Below are positions 1 to 25,534 of a DNA stretch of 64,000 bases, piece after piece. The position numbers were made by a program, and so were the translations under genes. The stretch is from Amoebidium appalachense (lineage: Eukaryota; Protista; Ichthyosporea), in contig CAVNZM010000002.1 of NCBI GenBank assembly GCA_963693365.1, positions 13,177,615 to 13,241,614 on the forward strand, in the 5' to 3' direction. The notes beneath the pieces are model-generated. The model saw nothing but the letters and a program-made list of their open reading frames with translations. It searched no databases and was not told the DNA's origin. Positions within the stretch are counted from its first letter, which is position 1. Every line of letters begins with the position of its first letter.

Positions 1-158
1 TGTAAGAGAGTGGAGTGCCTTATAAACCCCCAAGGCTGCGCGTGTGCGAACCCGACACACCACCAAAAATACGACACAAACTTGCCCTTTACTGCAGCCA
101 CCTACTCTTTGAATCCAACACCCTCCCCTCCCTCTCGTGCAGCCCTGCGCGCGCGCGC

Positions 159-244
<86 letters not shown>

Positions 245-328
245 TCCCCACATCAACACATAACAACACGAACACCGCAGATGGTCAGCAGCATGATACT
301 TACCTGCCCAAACAGAAACACTCCACAA

Positions 329-365
<37 letters not shown>

Positions 366-567
366 CCAACAACAACAACAACAAAAAAAAAAAAAAAAAA
401 GAAAAAAAAGAAGAAGGAAAAAAAAAACTTGCACAAACACTAAAACGCACAAATGCAATCCCCCCTCCGCCATCCTCCCCCCCCCCCCCCCCCCCCTTTC
501 CCCCTTACAATAAAACACACACACACAAACAAACACGGCGAAAGAAACACAAACACACAGCACATAC

Positions 568-1510
568 CTTCTCCAATGTGTTATAGTTGAAAACTCTAAG
601 CAGCATGTCGTCAGAGCCTGTTACGATCCAGTTTTTCCTCGCAACGAATCGGCATGCACGAACTGTAACAAAACCCAGCATCAGTTTTGAAACCTGCACC
701 TTGCACGCGTACGCCATCGACACATGAGCACCTGTGTTTGCTTGCCTGTGTGTGCCTGGGCGATTGGACCGCGGCACGTGCATACGAGGTGTGCCTGTTT
801 ATAGGTGTGTAGTAAGGGGGAGAGGTGTATTTGCCTGTCACTATGTCCTGCGATGTGCGCCCCTCTCTCTGCGTGTGGCCGTGTGTGATTGACCGCGCAT
901 ATGTCCATGTGTGCCCATTGTGTGTGCACTAAGGTTGTACTACAGCCTGCATGCCTCGATAGAGTATGTGTAGGAAAATCTATTTGCGCATGGCTGTGTA
1001 CATGTGCATGGGAACGTGTGTGTACGTGTGTGTGCCTGCATATGCCAGTTGTGTCGAAAACAATGACGTGCATACAGCCTGCATACAGATATTTTGTGTG
1101 TACGGAGATCTCGGTACAGTCATGCAGGTGGTCCCTACCTGGCAAGTCCGCGACCTCAAAGGTCTTGATCAGCGTCTGTCAAGGACCAAACCGTTAGTTA
1201 GGGTCACAAAGCCCTGAGCTCTAATAACTAGAACGTTGCCAATCTCCCTTTATCGTCATGTTTGCCTAATAAGCAGGGACGGGGGGGAAGGGGGGGGGGG
1301 GGGGGGTGGGAAGAAAGCAGGAGAGGATAACACGTTATGGTGTGTGATGGTACATGCCTACGTGCTTAATCACGAGTGTGGTTAATCCTGTGTGCGAGTT
1401 GTATGTGTGATTCTTAACGAACGTATGTTGTATGCTCTTCAAGCATGCAGCTGGGTGTAATAACACGCTTGTTCCTAATGCTATTTGCGCCAGAGTGCAT
1501 TCATGGTTTT

Positions 1511-1541
<31 letters not shown>

Positions 1542-2074
1542 GGGGGCATATACCTGTGCCACGCACAACGGAACAAACTACCACAGAAAGAAAAACAAAC
1601 AACCCATCAAATAGACACCCCCACACCCACACCCGAAAAAATCGGATTTAAGATATATAAATAGAGGATAAACACAGAAGAACACCTACTGTTCTGACCC
1701 ACCACTCCTTTGCTAACAGCACGCACCTCGGTCTCGTAGTTCCACACGTTGACGTTGCCATTGTACAAACTGCAAAGCATCCATGGCTCCGTCGGGTGCA
1801 GGTCCACCCCCTTGACACGGTCGGACCGTGCAGACAGCTTTCTCTGTTTCCCAGGGAAAAAAATTGTTTAAAAATGTCCACGTTCCGAAACAGCAAACCC
1901 CCCCCCCCCCCCCCCTTTTATTTTTTCTTCACTCCCCCCCCCCTCCCTCTTCCCAATAATAAAAAAATCACCGCTTGCCTTTATTGCAAACGTCCCGTGT
2001 CTTCGCTTGCGAGTCCTTTTAAACTGCCCCCTGTTCTTTGCTGTCATGTTTCTAGATCGTGTTGTATACAGCAA

Positions 2075-2107
<33 letters not shown>

Positions 2108-2813
2108 CTTCCCCACCTCCCTGCTCCTTCCATCCACAAACCATCTACTCTTCACCCCACTCTCTCTCCCTGCCTCACTACAAAAAATCCAGGCCAAGCT
2201 GCACGTTAAAACACAAGCCCCTTGGCCTAAATGGTTGTGTCTAAACCCTTGTCCGTAAAAGTGTCAGACCATGTCAAGAAAAAATGAAGGCTCGACTACT
2301 AGGTACCTTGATATCCAGGCGGAGTGGCTGTAGTAGCCCACACGGATCCACATCGCGTTTGTAGTGTGTGTGTGTGTGTGTGTGTGGTTGTGTGTGTGTG
2401 TGTGGGATGAGGGGAGGGAGGGGGGGGGGGGAGGGGGGGAAGAGGAAGGGAGAAGCGAGAAGTCAGTACGGGCGTGAACCAGAAAGCGTAGTGTGTTATC
2501 ACAAACACTGTACCTTCGACAAGTGATATGAAGTGAGCTGCAAGGGAGGGAGGCAAAAAAAAACCATGTTGAAGCAGAGGATAAGGGTGTGTGTGGGGGG
2601 GGGGGGGGAAGGGGGGGGGAGGGGGAGGGGGGGAGGGGGGAAAAGTAGTGGGCAGGTGAGGGGAAGCGAATGGGGATGATGATAAACATAGCAGAGCCAG
2701 GCCCCTGACAACCAAGCAAAACTCAGCACCCATATTTTAACAGTCCTAACACAAGCTCCAACTCGCCGCGATCACAAAGTAATGCCACGTAACCTCCCGG
2801 ATCGATGCACCAT
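568..2813 (-). CDS. COPB2: Coatomer subunit beta' (WD40), 5' part; gene continues beyond the left edge of the window
   Basis: GT-AG exons 2813-2811 (ATG only, tentative), 2327-2307 (PLRLDIK), 1843-1727 ([39 protein letters not shown]), 1175-1139 ([12 protein letters not shown]) and 662-568 ([32 protein letters not shown]). Phases are consistent and the peptide matches the beta'-COP/Sec27 N-terminus. Confidence 0.95.
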
Positions 2814-3774
2814 GAACCCAAGATCTTTTGTCTACTCCCGTCTCTGCCTAAGTGAGTTTCAAAGTAAAGCGCATGAACATGTATAGCAAATCGACACTCT
2901 GCTCACATCCTGGTGCAACCAGACACTATCTCTTGATCCGCCAGCCCTGTTGCTTTTTGTAATTAAGAAGTTGTTCGGACAAGCTTCAGGCGTCCAACTG
3001 AATCTAGAAGAAATGCTATAGCCTGGCCCGCCTGCACGATTTGTTGTTTCGGAATTGTTGCCGTGTCTCCTGTTTCGGTCCTCCCTATGCAACATACTCC
3101 TGCGCCTGAAAGCAACTGCTTGACTACGGTGTTATGCAAGTCCAAAATGTTGTGTTCATGAACCCCTGTCCTCACACGAAAGTAAGAATTTGATTTTAGC
3201 TGCAGGTTGATAGGTCAGCAAATGGGAATTTAAAGCTGCCAATAAACTGAGTCCGTAACTGTGCCAGAGACTGTAAACGGCATCCAAAAAAGAAATGCCA
3301 TGTTTGTGCGGGCAACGGAGATGAAGGCGTACCATTTTCGGGCTTTTTCCCGGTGTTAATGCCCGTTATCTCCCTGCGTATTTTCTACTTGCCAACTAAC
3401 TAGTCCCTGCCGGCACAGAAAAGCTCCAAGCTAGGGAGATGCTATGAAAATCCTGGTGTAGAAAGCAGAAACTGCGGCCAGCGCACAAATGGCGGTGGCA
3501 CTCAGAAAAAATGGTTGCTGCCCAAAAAATGGGTGAACCAATCACAATCAATTTCTGTGAGCTAAATATAGATACTACCCAATCATTGAGCGCCTCTGTT
3601 GGCAAGGGCCTTACGTAAGGCTACACAGAAGGCCCTATTGGCTCTTGGTGCTGTGCGCGCGCTTCTCGCCCTCCACGAAACGAAGTTCAGCTGTCTCAGT
3701 ATACACAGGTGTTATAGCTGGTCATTGTTAGAGGCTCTTCAAGTGTGGAGCGGAATGCTCACCTTAGCGCTAAG

Positions 3775-17336
<13,562 letters not shown>

Positions 17337-17758
17337 TTTGTTGGGGTAGGAATTGATGGTACTAATGTTAGCGGAGTCCGCTGTGTAAGTAAGAAGAAAT
17401 TGTGTTTGTGTGTTGGGGTGGTGGTGGTGATGGTTGGGGGGGCGGGGCGGGGGAGGGGGGGGGGGGGGGGGGGTCTCATATATATATATTATGGCATGAA
17501 TGCAATTGGCACTGGGCAGCTACCGAATCTAATTCACATGAACGTGCTCGTTGTTGAATAATGATAAGTAGATGCGTTGATCTATTGATAATATTTTTCC
17601 TTGAAGCTCTCGATTATGAATGGAGTCTAGATCTTGTGCATACATTATTCAGTTTGGTTATTCCTTTCTTTTGTTTCAAGTTCTTTTCTTTTGTTTTCTT
17701 TTTCTTTCTTTCTTTTTTCTTTTTTCTTTTTCTTTTTTCTTTTTCTTTTTTTTTTTTT

Positions 17759-17789
<31 letters not shown>

Positions 17790-18363
17790 GGGGGAGTTGG
17801 ACAGGGAGGGCCGGGAAAGGGGAGGGGAGGGGGGAGGATGGAGGGGAATTTGTCATGTATAAATGGATTTATATAACGAGTAGTTACATATACATTGATC
17901 GTCCGTGGTAAACACTCCTGTGAGGGATTATATATGTGCTGTGGCTGAAAGCAAAACTCACACAGTGATTTTTCAGCGGGGCCCGTCCACATATGTCCGC
18001 CTAGATTTAGCTGAAAGGGGGTTTCAAATTGTTCGCCCTCAAAAATAAATTTAAAGTGTGACTTACATAGTGTGTTGGTCTGGTGACTCTGCTCGACGGT
18101 CACAGTCTCACAGACACAGTTTGTGTCAGGATTCGTGACAAGGATATTGACATTGTACAAGTGAACTAAGAAATAATTTTATGACGAATACTTTGATTCA
18201 AGTTGAATCAAAAATACAACTTGTACATTTCAGTTTGTCACAATGTCACCTTACATGTACACAATTTACACTGATTTGAAAGTCTAAGTTCTAGAAAACC
18301 TGCAAATTTGTTCTTGGCTGTGAGAAACTTTTAGTGTAGGAAGATACATAGTGATCTTCTTCA

Positions 18364-18398
18364 TGACGTCACAACTGAGATATTGATCTGTGACGTCA
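18364..18398. promoter_or_regulatory. Two perfect CRE/ATF palindromes upstream of the RING-SH2 gene
   Basis: TGACGTCA at 18364-18371 and 18391-18398, about 660 bp before the predicted ATG. Confidence 0.35.
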
Positions 18399-19052
18399 TG
18401 CCTGTCCCCCGCAGACAGACCTTCGGCGGGGCCCCAGCCGGCTGTCAGGCAGAAAAGGCTTCAGACGCAGCTCACGGACACTCGTTTTTCGGCATGCCAC
18501 GATGTTTTTGGACTAGCCACTGTATACCATTGCAGTGCATTTAGAAAACGGCTTCCGCCCCAATTAGAAAATAGGTACTGCTTGTAGAGCACTTAGAGCA
18601 CTTCAGGTGAGATCCAAGACGTTAAAGGTAGTGGCACCTGCATGGCACATGAGACTGCGTCCAAATCTTCAAATCGGTTGGGTTTGGTGTTCGTGCTGTG
18701 AAGAAACAGCGGCAGGGGAGACGCGTCAGCAAGTGAACACTTTAGTTTTCTGGTTGTTGCCTGATGTCCATTGTTATTATACGTTAAGCATAGACAACGA
18801 GGTCATACGCTTTCTTAAGAGCAGAAAAGACGAAAACGTTTTTCAGCGCTTGATAGAAGTTTATAATGTAGGTGTTTACAAGATTTGAAGTTTTTGCACG
18901 CACCAAGAAAGACCATACACGACGAGCGAGATTCTCTTAAGGCCGACGCTTCCAACTCTTTTCCATTGAAAAATTTTCCCAAAAAACGTACGGCTAGTGA
19001 GTAAATTAGCCAGCCGGCCTCTAGGCTGTGGCCCTGCCGTTGGGCGGGGACC

Positions 19053-19398
19053 ATGGCAGCCACGCTAAACGGGTGCTCTCCCGTGTCCCACCAGGCCCAC
19101 CATCCAGGGTGCAGGTGGGTGCATATACGTGTGGGTAGGTGGGTGGGTGGGTGGGTGGGTGGGTGCATGCGCATGCTTTTCTGCGTGCATGTGCACGGGG
19201 TACATGTGTGGGTGTGCCTTGGTTATTTCATCTGCATGCACGGCACGGGATCTGTACGTGTGTACTTTGCTTCTGAACGTGCTTATATGGTGGCACGCTT
19301 TCTCTCTAAGGGGTTTGTGTTTGTATTTGTGCATATTGTGCAGATCATGTGTGCGTGTGGATGCGGGTGTGTGCGTGCATGTGCGTGTGTGTGTGCAT

Positions 19399-19461
<63 letters not shown>

Positions 19462-19965
19462 TGAGTGAGTGTGCACACGCCCGGACGCGCGCTAGTGCTT
19501 GTGCGTGTGTGTATGCGGTTCGAAACTTGCTTCCTAGCAGCGATTCCTTTTCTTCTCTCTGATTATGATCGCTTTTGACCTCCTCTTTTTCTCGCTGTGC
19601 ACGTACCTGCATGGTAAGGAGTTTTGACTGGCGTGCAGGTTTTATGTGGTGGGTACTTTTTTCGTGTGTATTGCACACCTAACTGTTTTGCACTCCCGAT
19701 TTCTTTGGGGAGCGTTGTGCCTATGTGTGAAGGTGCTTGTGGTCGTGCTACTTCCTTGTCTCAATTTACCCGTGTGCTTGTTTTTTGTGTTTGCCGGCAA
19801 AATTGTCTGGATGTCTGTGTGCTGTTTGCCTGCGGTGTTGCTGGGTGCTGCGTCACTGGTGATGTTTCTTTTCTGAATGCGGGTTGGCCTAGTCTGGTGC
19901 GAGTTTAGTTGAAGCCATATGCTTGTTTTGGTGATCCCCCCCCCCCCCCCCCCCCCCGTGGTCTT

Positions 19966-19999
<34 letters not shown>

Positions 20000-20560
20000 T
20001 GGGAGGACGGCTGGGTGTGCCGGTTCGATCCCTGTGGTGTGTGTGTGTGTGTGCATATGTGTGGGTGGGTGTTTTGGCTTGCCCATCTCAAGGCAAATGT
20101 TTAGACGGTGGCAACCCTAATACAACCCGTTCGTTTTCTTACCTGGAGTAACCTCTAAAATAACAGTAGTGGTTTGGCTAAGTAGTTGATATTCTTTCTC
20201 TTCCCCCTCCTCCCTGCTTCTCCTCTATTGCTTGCTGCTTTCTTTGTACAGCCTAGGAAATTGTGAGCATTGTAGCATGTTGACGCTTGGTTGCCTGTTT
20301 AGGTTTCTGTCTTCCTCCCCTACCCCCACCCTTCTTTTTTTCCTTTCTAAATTGTTGTTGTTGCAGGGTTTTTTGTACCCTGCACCTGAATGCTCTTTGT
20401 TTTTGACCAAGATGAGGCAGATTGATTTGTTGCCGTTGAAACAGCGAATATGATTTGAAACCAGCAAGAGAGGGCTGCACATTGCGTTTGGCATCCCTGG
20501 TCTATACTTTAGTTTCGTCGTGTTCTGTGTGCTTTTTGCCTTCCTTTTTTACTTCCCTCG

Positions 20561-20602
<42 letters not shown>

Positions 20603-20661
20603 AAAAAAAAAAAGGGGAAGAAGAAAAGAAAAAAAAACCACCACCACCATCACCCAAGAGC

Positions 20662-20729
<68 letters not shown>

Positions 20730-20777
20730 ACACACCCACACACACACAGACCACACACACACACACACACACACAGA

Positions 20778-20825
<48 letters not shown>

Positions 20826-20887
20826 GCGCACGCACACACACACACACACACACACAGACCACACACACACACACACACACACACAAT

Positions 20888-20966
<79 letters not shown>

Positions 20967-21793
20967 GCCCACTTACCCATCCACGCACACCGTCGTCAGC
21001 ACTCTTCATCTATATTGTTTTTACCCCCACATCAACACACAAGCCCCCCCCCCTCCCCCCCCCACTTTTTTCCCCTTCAGTTTTTCTGTTTTTGGTTCGT
21101 ACATGTTTGTGACGTTTTGTGTTTTTCTTTTGATTCTCCACTTCCACAATTCCAAAATCGCAACCCTGTAATGCATTCGTCAACTTGACCCCCCTCCCCC
21201 CCCCCCCCCCCCCCCCCCCCCCAATAAATGAATGCTCGGGCCGCCCGAGGGTGGGCTTTGCGTTTATTGCACACCCTTTGTGACGATTTTTGCGGGTCAT
21301 TCTCCCCATCATATACCTCTTGGGTCCCTTACTTTGTTAAAGGCTATATATATATAATCCTGTTTGGTTTTTTGTGTCGTCATCTGGTTTTGCTCCTTGT
21401 CTTATGCTCTTCTGTTTTTCCTGCCTACTGATGAATCCTTCCCCCTCCCCCTCCCCCCCTCCCCCCTTCCCCCCGACTCAACCACCCACACACGCACCCC
21501 CCCCCCCCCTGTCCCTCCCCCTCCCCCCCAAGCCTCCCTCCTTTCTCTTCCCCAAGCTTTCTACATGTTGGTGTGCAAGTGTGTGTCAGTTTTATTGCTT
21601 GTCCTGGCTTCGCCATCTTGCTTTGTACTTTGTACTGTATAGCGTGTGCTGACATCCCCCTCACCCCACCGCCCATCCTCCCTCAAAAATGCTCACGTAC
21701 ACGTGCAGGTATACACACGTACACGTACACGTGCACTTACACTCACAGCACACGTACATGTACATGTACACGTACACGTACACTACAACACAA

Positions 21794-21879
<86 letters not shown>

Positions 21880-22171
21880 ACGTACACGTATTCCTACACC
21901 TACACCTACACACACGTACGTACAGGTGCAAGTCGGACCCCCCCTCGTGCATCATCTGTGGCCAGGTTCTAACCAAGGGCCGTGCGGTCTTTACTACCAG
22001 CTGTGGGCACTCCTTCCACTATGCCTGTCTGCAGCCTCTCTACCTGTCCGGCATGCTCGACTGCCCCGCATGCACACAGATTGTCGCTGAGCCCCCAGGA
22101 CTGCTGCAGGGTGAGTGGCGGTGCATGGGTGGGGATAGAACGAGGGGAAGGGATGTGTGTGTTTCCTTTTT

Positions 22172-22207
<36 letters not shown>

Positions 22208-22282
22208 GAGCGATGGTGGTGATGGTGGTGGGGGGGGGGTGAGCGATGGTGGTGATGGTGGTGGGCTGGGGGGCACGCAGGG

Positions 22283-22320
<38 letters not shown>

Positions 22321-22694
22321 CGCAAGAGGGATGGGGGAGAAGAGAATGGGGATCTCCTCTTCTCGTTCCCTTCCCCTTAAATCATGATGCATACTCTTTT
22401 TTGCGTGTGCTTTGCAACATCTGCATTATGTTGCGGCTGTGTGTACTCGACTCGTTCTATGGCATATCCCCCCCCCCCCCTAACGAGGGGAATAGGTCGA
22501 AACTCGGGTACTGTGGATGACGTGGGCCCCCCCTGAGGATGGGCTCTGCTTATTATGCATACTCTTTATGTATGGCTTGCATTCTGCATCGTGTTATCCG
22601 TTTGTTCTTGTGTACTTCGTACTTTTTGACGCATTCAAAACCCCCCTCCCCCCCCCCCCCCCCCCTCCTTCCCACCTCCCGTTCGGTTGGGAAA

Positions 22695-22725
<31 letters not shown>

Positions 22726-23455
22726 GGGGGTTATGCTTGTGGGTGGCGCTCTGTGTGTGTGGGTGCTGGTTGCAATGGTTTTATAGGGTCTTGTATGGAT
22801 GTGTCCGCGGCTCAGATGGCGGACTAAAAACTAGCAGGCCTGGAACGGAAAAATTCCGAATCCCTTTTCATCCATAAGAAACACCATTTTCTAGATTATA
22901 AGCCTAACAAACTTAGTCTTAAAACGCGAAGAACTAAAAGACCTTTTTTGACATCATTCGTTGCTTAGCGCGACAAAAAAACATAAACTTCTACTAAGTA
23001 GAACTTGGTTTTGTAGCTATAGCGCCCCTGGCGCCGGCGGCGCTAGAAATTCAAATTGCCATCCGATGAGAGGCTGACAGAGGGAGCCTACGAATTTGAG
23101 CTGACACATTCGATTGGTCAATTTAGATAGGCAGTCCAAAATTTCGAATTTCGGCCTCTATAAAGGGGGTGTGTATGAACTTTTATTTAGTGAAAGTTTG
23201 CGTTATAATTTATTATGTAGCCAAACGTGGTATCAAAATAAGTGTCTTTATTTTCTACGTATTTTTATTTAAGCACGTATAGGTTTTTGACAGCTGTAGT
23301 GGCTGAAATATTGAGTAAAATGCTGTCGACATCCGCCATGATCGATCTGGGCCTGCTAACGTTTATTCCGTCGAATCTGGTCCCGGGCCGCCGCGGACAC
23401 ATCTATGTGGATCGTCAAACCTAAAACGGCTAGCAATGCGCACTAACGTGCGAGG

Positions 23456-23495
<40 letters not shown>

Positions 23496-23733
23496 AGGGC
23501 ACCACTTCTATACACAACTTCTGGGTCCGTTTCGTATGTACTTCGTGCTGTGCACAACACACTTGGCCCTTTTTTTCTTATATTCCCGCCCCTCCCCCCC
23601 TCTTATCCGAGTTCTTCTCTTTGTTCTTTGGGTGGGTGGGTGGGTGGGTGGGTATGGGTGTGTGTGCGGCATGCATGCGAATGCTTTTGGAGGGTAACGG
23701 AGAGTTGTTTTTTTTTTTGTTTTTTTTTTTTTT

Positions 23734-23764
<31 letters not shown>

Positions 23765-24087
23765 GGGTTGAGGGGTGGAGGGGGGGGGGGGGGGGGGTTC
23801 AGAGAGAAAAACGGAGCTGTCATCCGGTTGAATAGTGTGCTGTCCTCCTGGCTGGGTCGTTCGCTAACGATGTGGGTGGGGGCAGATCGCACCATCAACG
23901 ACGAATGGTTCTTTGGAGACATCACGAGGGAGGATGCAGAGAGAGTACTGCAGGCACACGGGGAGGACGGCATATTTCTCGTGAGAGGTGCGTGGTGTGT
24001 GCTTTTCGTTCACGTGGTGTTTTTTTTTCTTTTTCTTTGGAGCTCCGGGAGGGGGGTGGGGAGGGGACTGTCGTTGGTGTGTGCCCT

Positions 24088-24129
<42 letters not shown>

Positions 24130-24677
24130 AACAGGGTGGAGTGAGGAGGGGCTACTGCCGAGTTCACACATCATACGTAGACCACACATACGTGCACACA
24201 TGTACGCACACAGCACACACACGTCAACAATCGTCCATGGGAAGGGGAGAGTCTAAAGTCTTGAGAGTCGGTGCCCGGGAAAGAAGGGAGGGGGCGGAGG
24301 GAGGGGAGGGGGTAGGGGGCAAGTGGGTCACGCGCGCACACACACAAATACGCATGCAAGGGCGCGTGCGCAAGCTCTTCTCGTGAACACGTATATGCAG
24401 GCACCGTTGGATCGGAGCAGGATTTGTAGGTATATGGGAAGAGTTGGCGAGCGAAATGGCTTAGAGTTGATAAGATACCGATAGGCTAAGGGATGAGAAA
24501 TGATTGAACGCTTTGAGGCTGCCCGTGCGGGTGTGCCAAACTTGCTCATATTCGTTTTCCCTGTTTACCTTTTTTTTCTTTTTTTTTCCCCATCCTTCCC
24601 CTCCAGAGGAAGGTCGGTGCGCTTTTTTGTGTGTGTCTGTGCATGTGTGTGGGTGTGTGTGTGTGTGTGTGTGTGCG

Positions 24678-24750
<73 letters not shown>

Positions 24751-24862
24751 ACGCGCGCGTGTGTGGATGTAAGTGTATTGTATTAGTGTATGTGGTGTGT
24801 TCGTATGTGCGAGTGTGCGTACCCGTGTGCGTGCTGTGTGTGTGTGTGTGTGTGTGTGTGTT

Positions 24863-24893
<31 letters not shown>

Positions 24894-25490
24894 TTGCGTG
24901 GGTGGAAGTGTATTGTGGTAGTTTATGTGGTGTGTGCGTGTGTGCGTCCATGCGTGCATGTGTTCGTGCTTGTGTGTGTGCGTGTGTGTGCTTGTTTGTG
25001 TGTGTGTTGTGTACGTAAATATGCACATGCGGGCCTGTCTCTGTGTGTGTGACACTTGTGAGCTGGTGGTGACGAGTGGGTGGCTGAATTGGAGTGGTGC
25101 CTCACATGGTGCCTCCTATTATCCTCATATCTGGATGGACACCCATGTTTTTCCACGTTGGTAGGGGAGAAGCAAGGGCAAATAACACGAAGCCTCGCGT
25201 TGCATTAAAGGTTTTTTTGATGTCATCTCACCCCCTTTTTGCACACAGAGTCGCGCACGCAACCAGGCCAGTACTGCCTGTCATTCTGCAACGAAAAGAC
25301 ACGACACTGTCGCATCTTCATTAACGAGAGGGGGGAATACTATCTGACAACCACGCGCTCCTTTAAGACACTTGCGGATTTGATCTACTTCTATACACAC
25401 ACGTCTGCGTTGCATTGTGTGGGCAGCAATTCAAACTACTTTCGGCTTAAGATACCGTGCAAGGTGCGGTTGGAGGACCTGCCATCGTGA
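19053..25490 (+). CDS. Small RING-H2 + SH2 domain protein (~196 aa), putative phosphotyrosine-directed E3 ligase
   Basis: Exons 19053-19114, 21926-22110 (CIIC...CGHSFHYAC...CPAC, C3H2C3), 23886-23987 ([27 protein letters not shown]) and 25249-25490 ([12 protein letters not shown]...HCRI...[11 protein letters not shown]...LKIPC). Phases 2, 1, 1 join in frame. The 3' end could instead splice at a GT near 25464, and the first exon is tentative. Confidence 0.8.
22481..22640 (+). mobile_element. Poly(C)-associated repeat, subfamily B, 5'-truncated copy
   Basis: Same sequence as 14296-14455 with poly-C on both sides; a decayed copy lies immediately upstream (~22385-22467). Confidence 0.85.
22795..23406. 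mobile_element. MITE-like non-autonomous DNA transposon (~610 bp) in an intron of the RING-SH2 gene
   Basis: Termini ATGGATGTGTCCGCGGC (22795-22811) and GCCGCGGACACATCTAT (23390-23406) are 16/17 inverted. An imperfect inverted match continues inward (TAGCAGGCC / GGCCTGCTA). The interior is AT-rich; no clear TSD. Confidence 0.6.
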
Positions 25491-25499
25491 GAGGAGAGT

Positions 25500-25534
<35 letters not shown>

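Noticed and set aside
18135-18250. Palindrome TTTGATTCAA-G-TTGAATCAAA with loose flanking inverted motifs
   Set aside because: The outer arms are too degenerate and off-centre to call a MITE.
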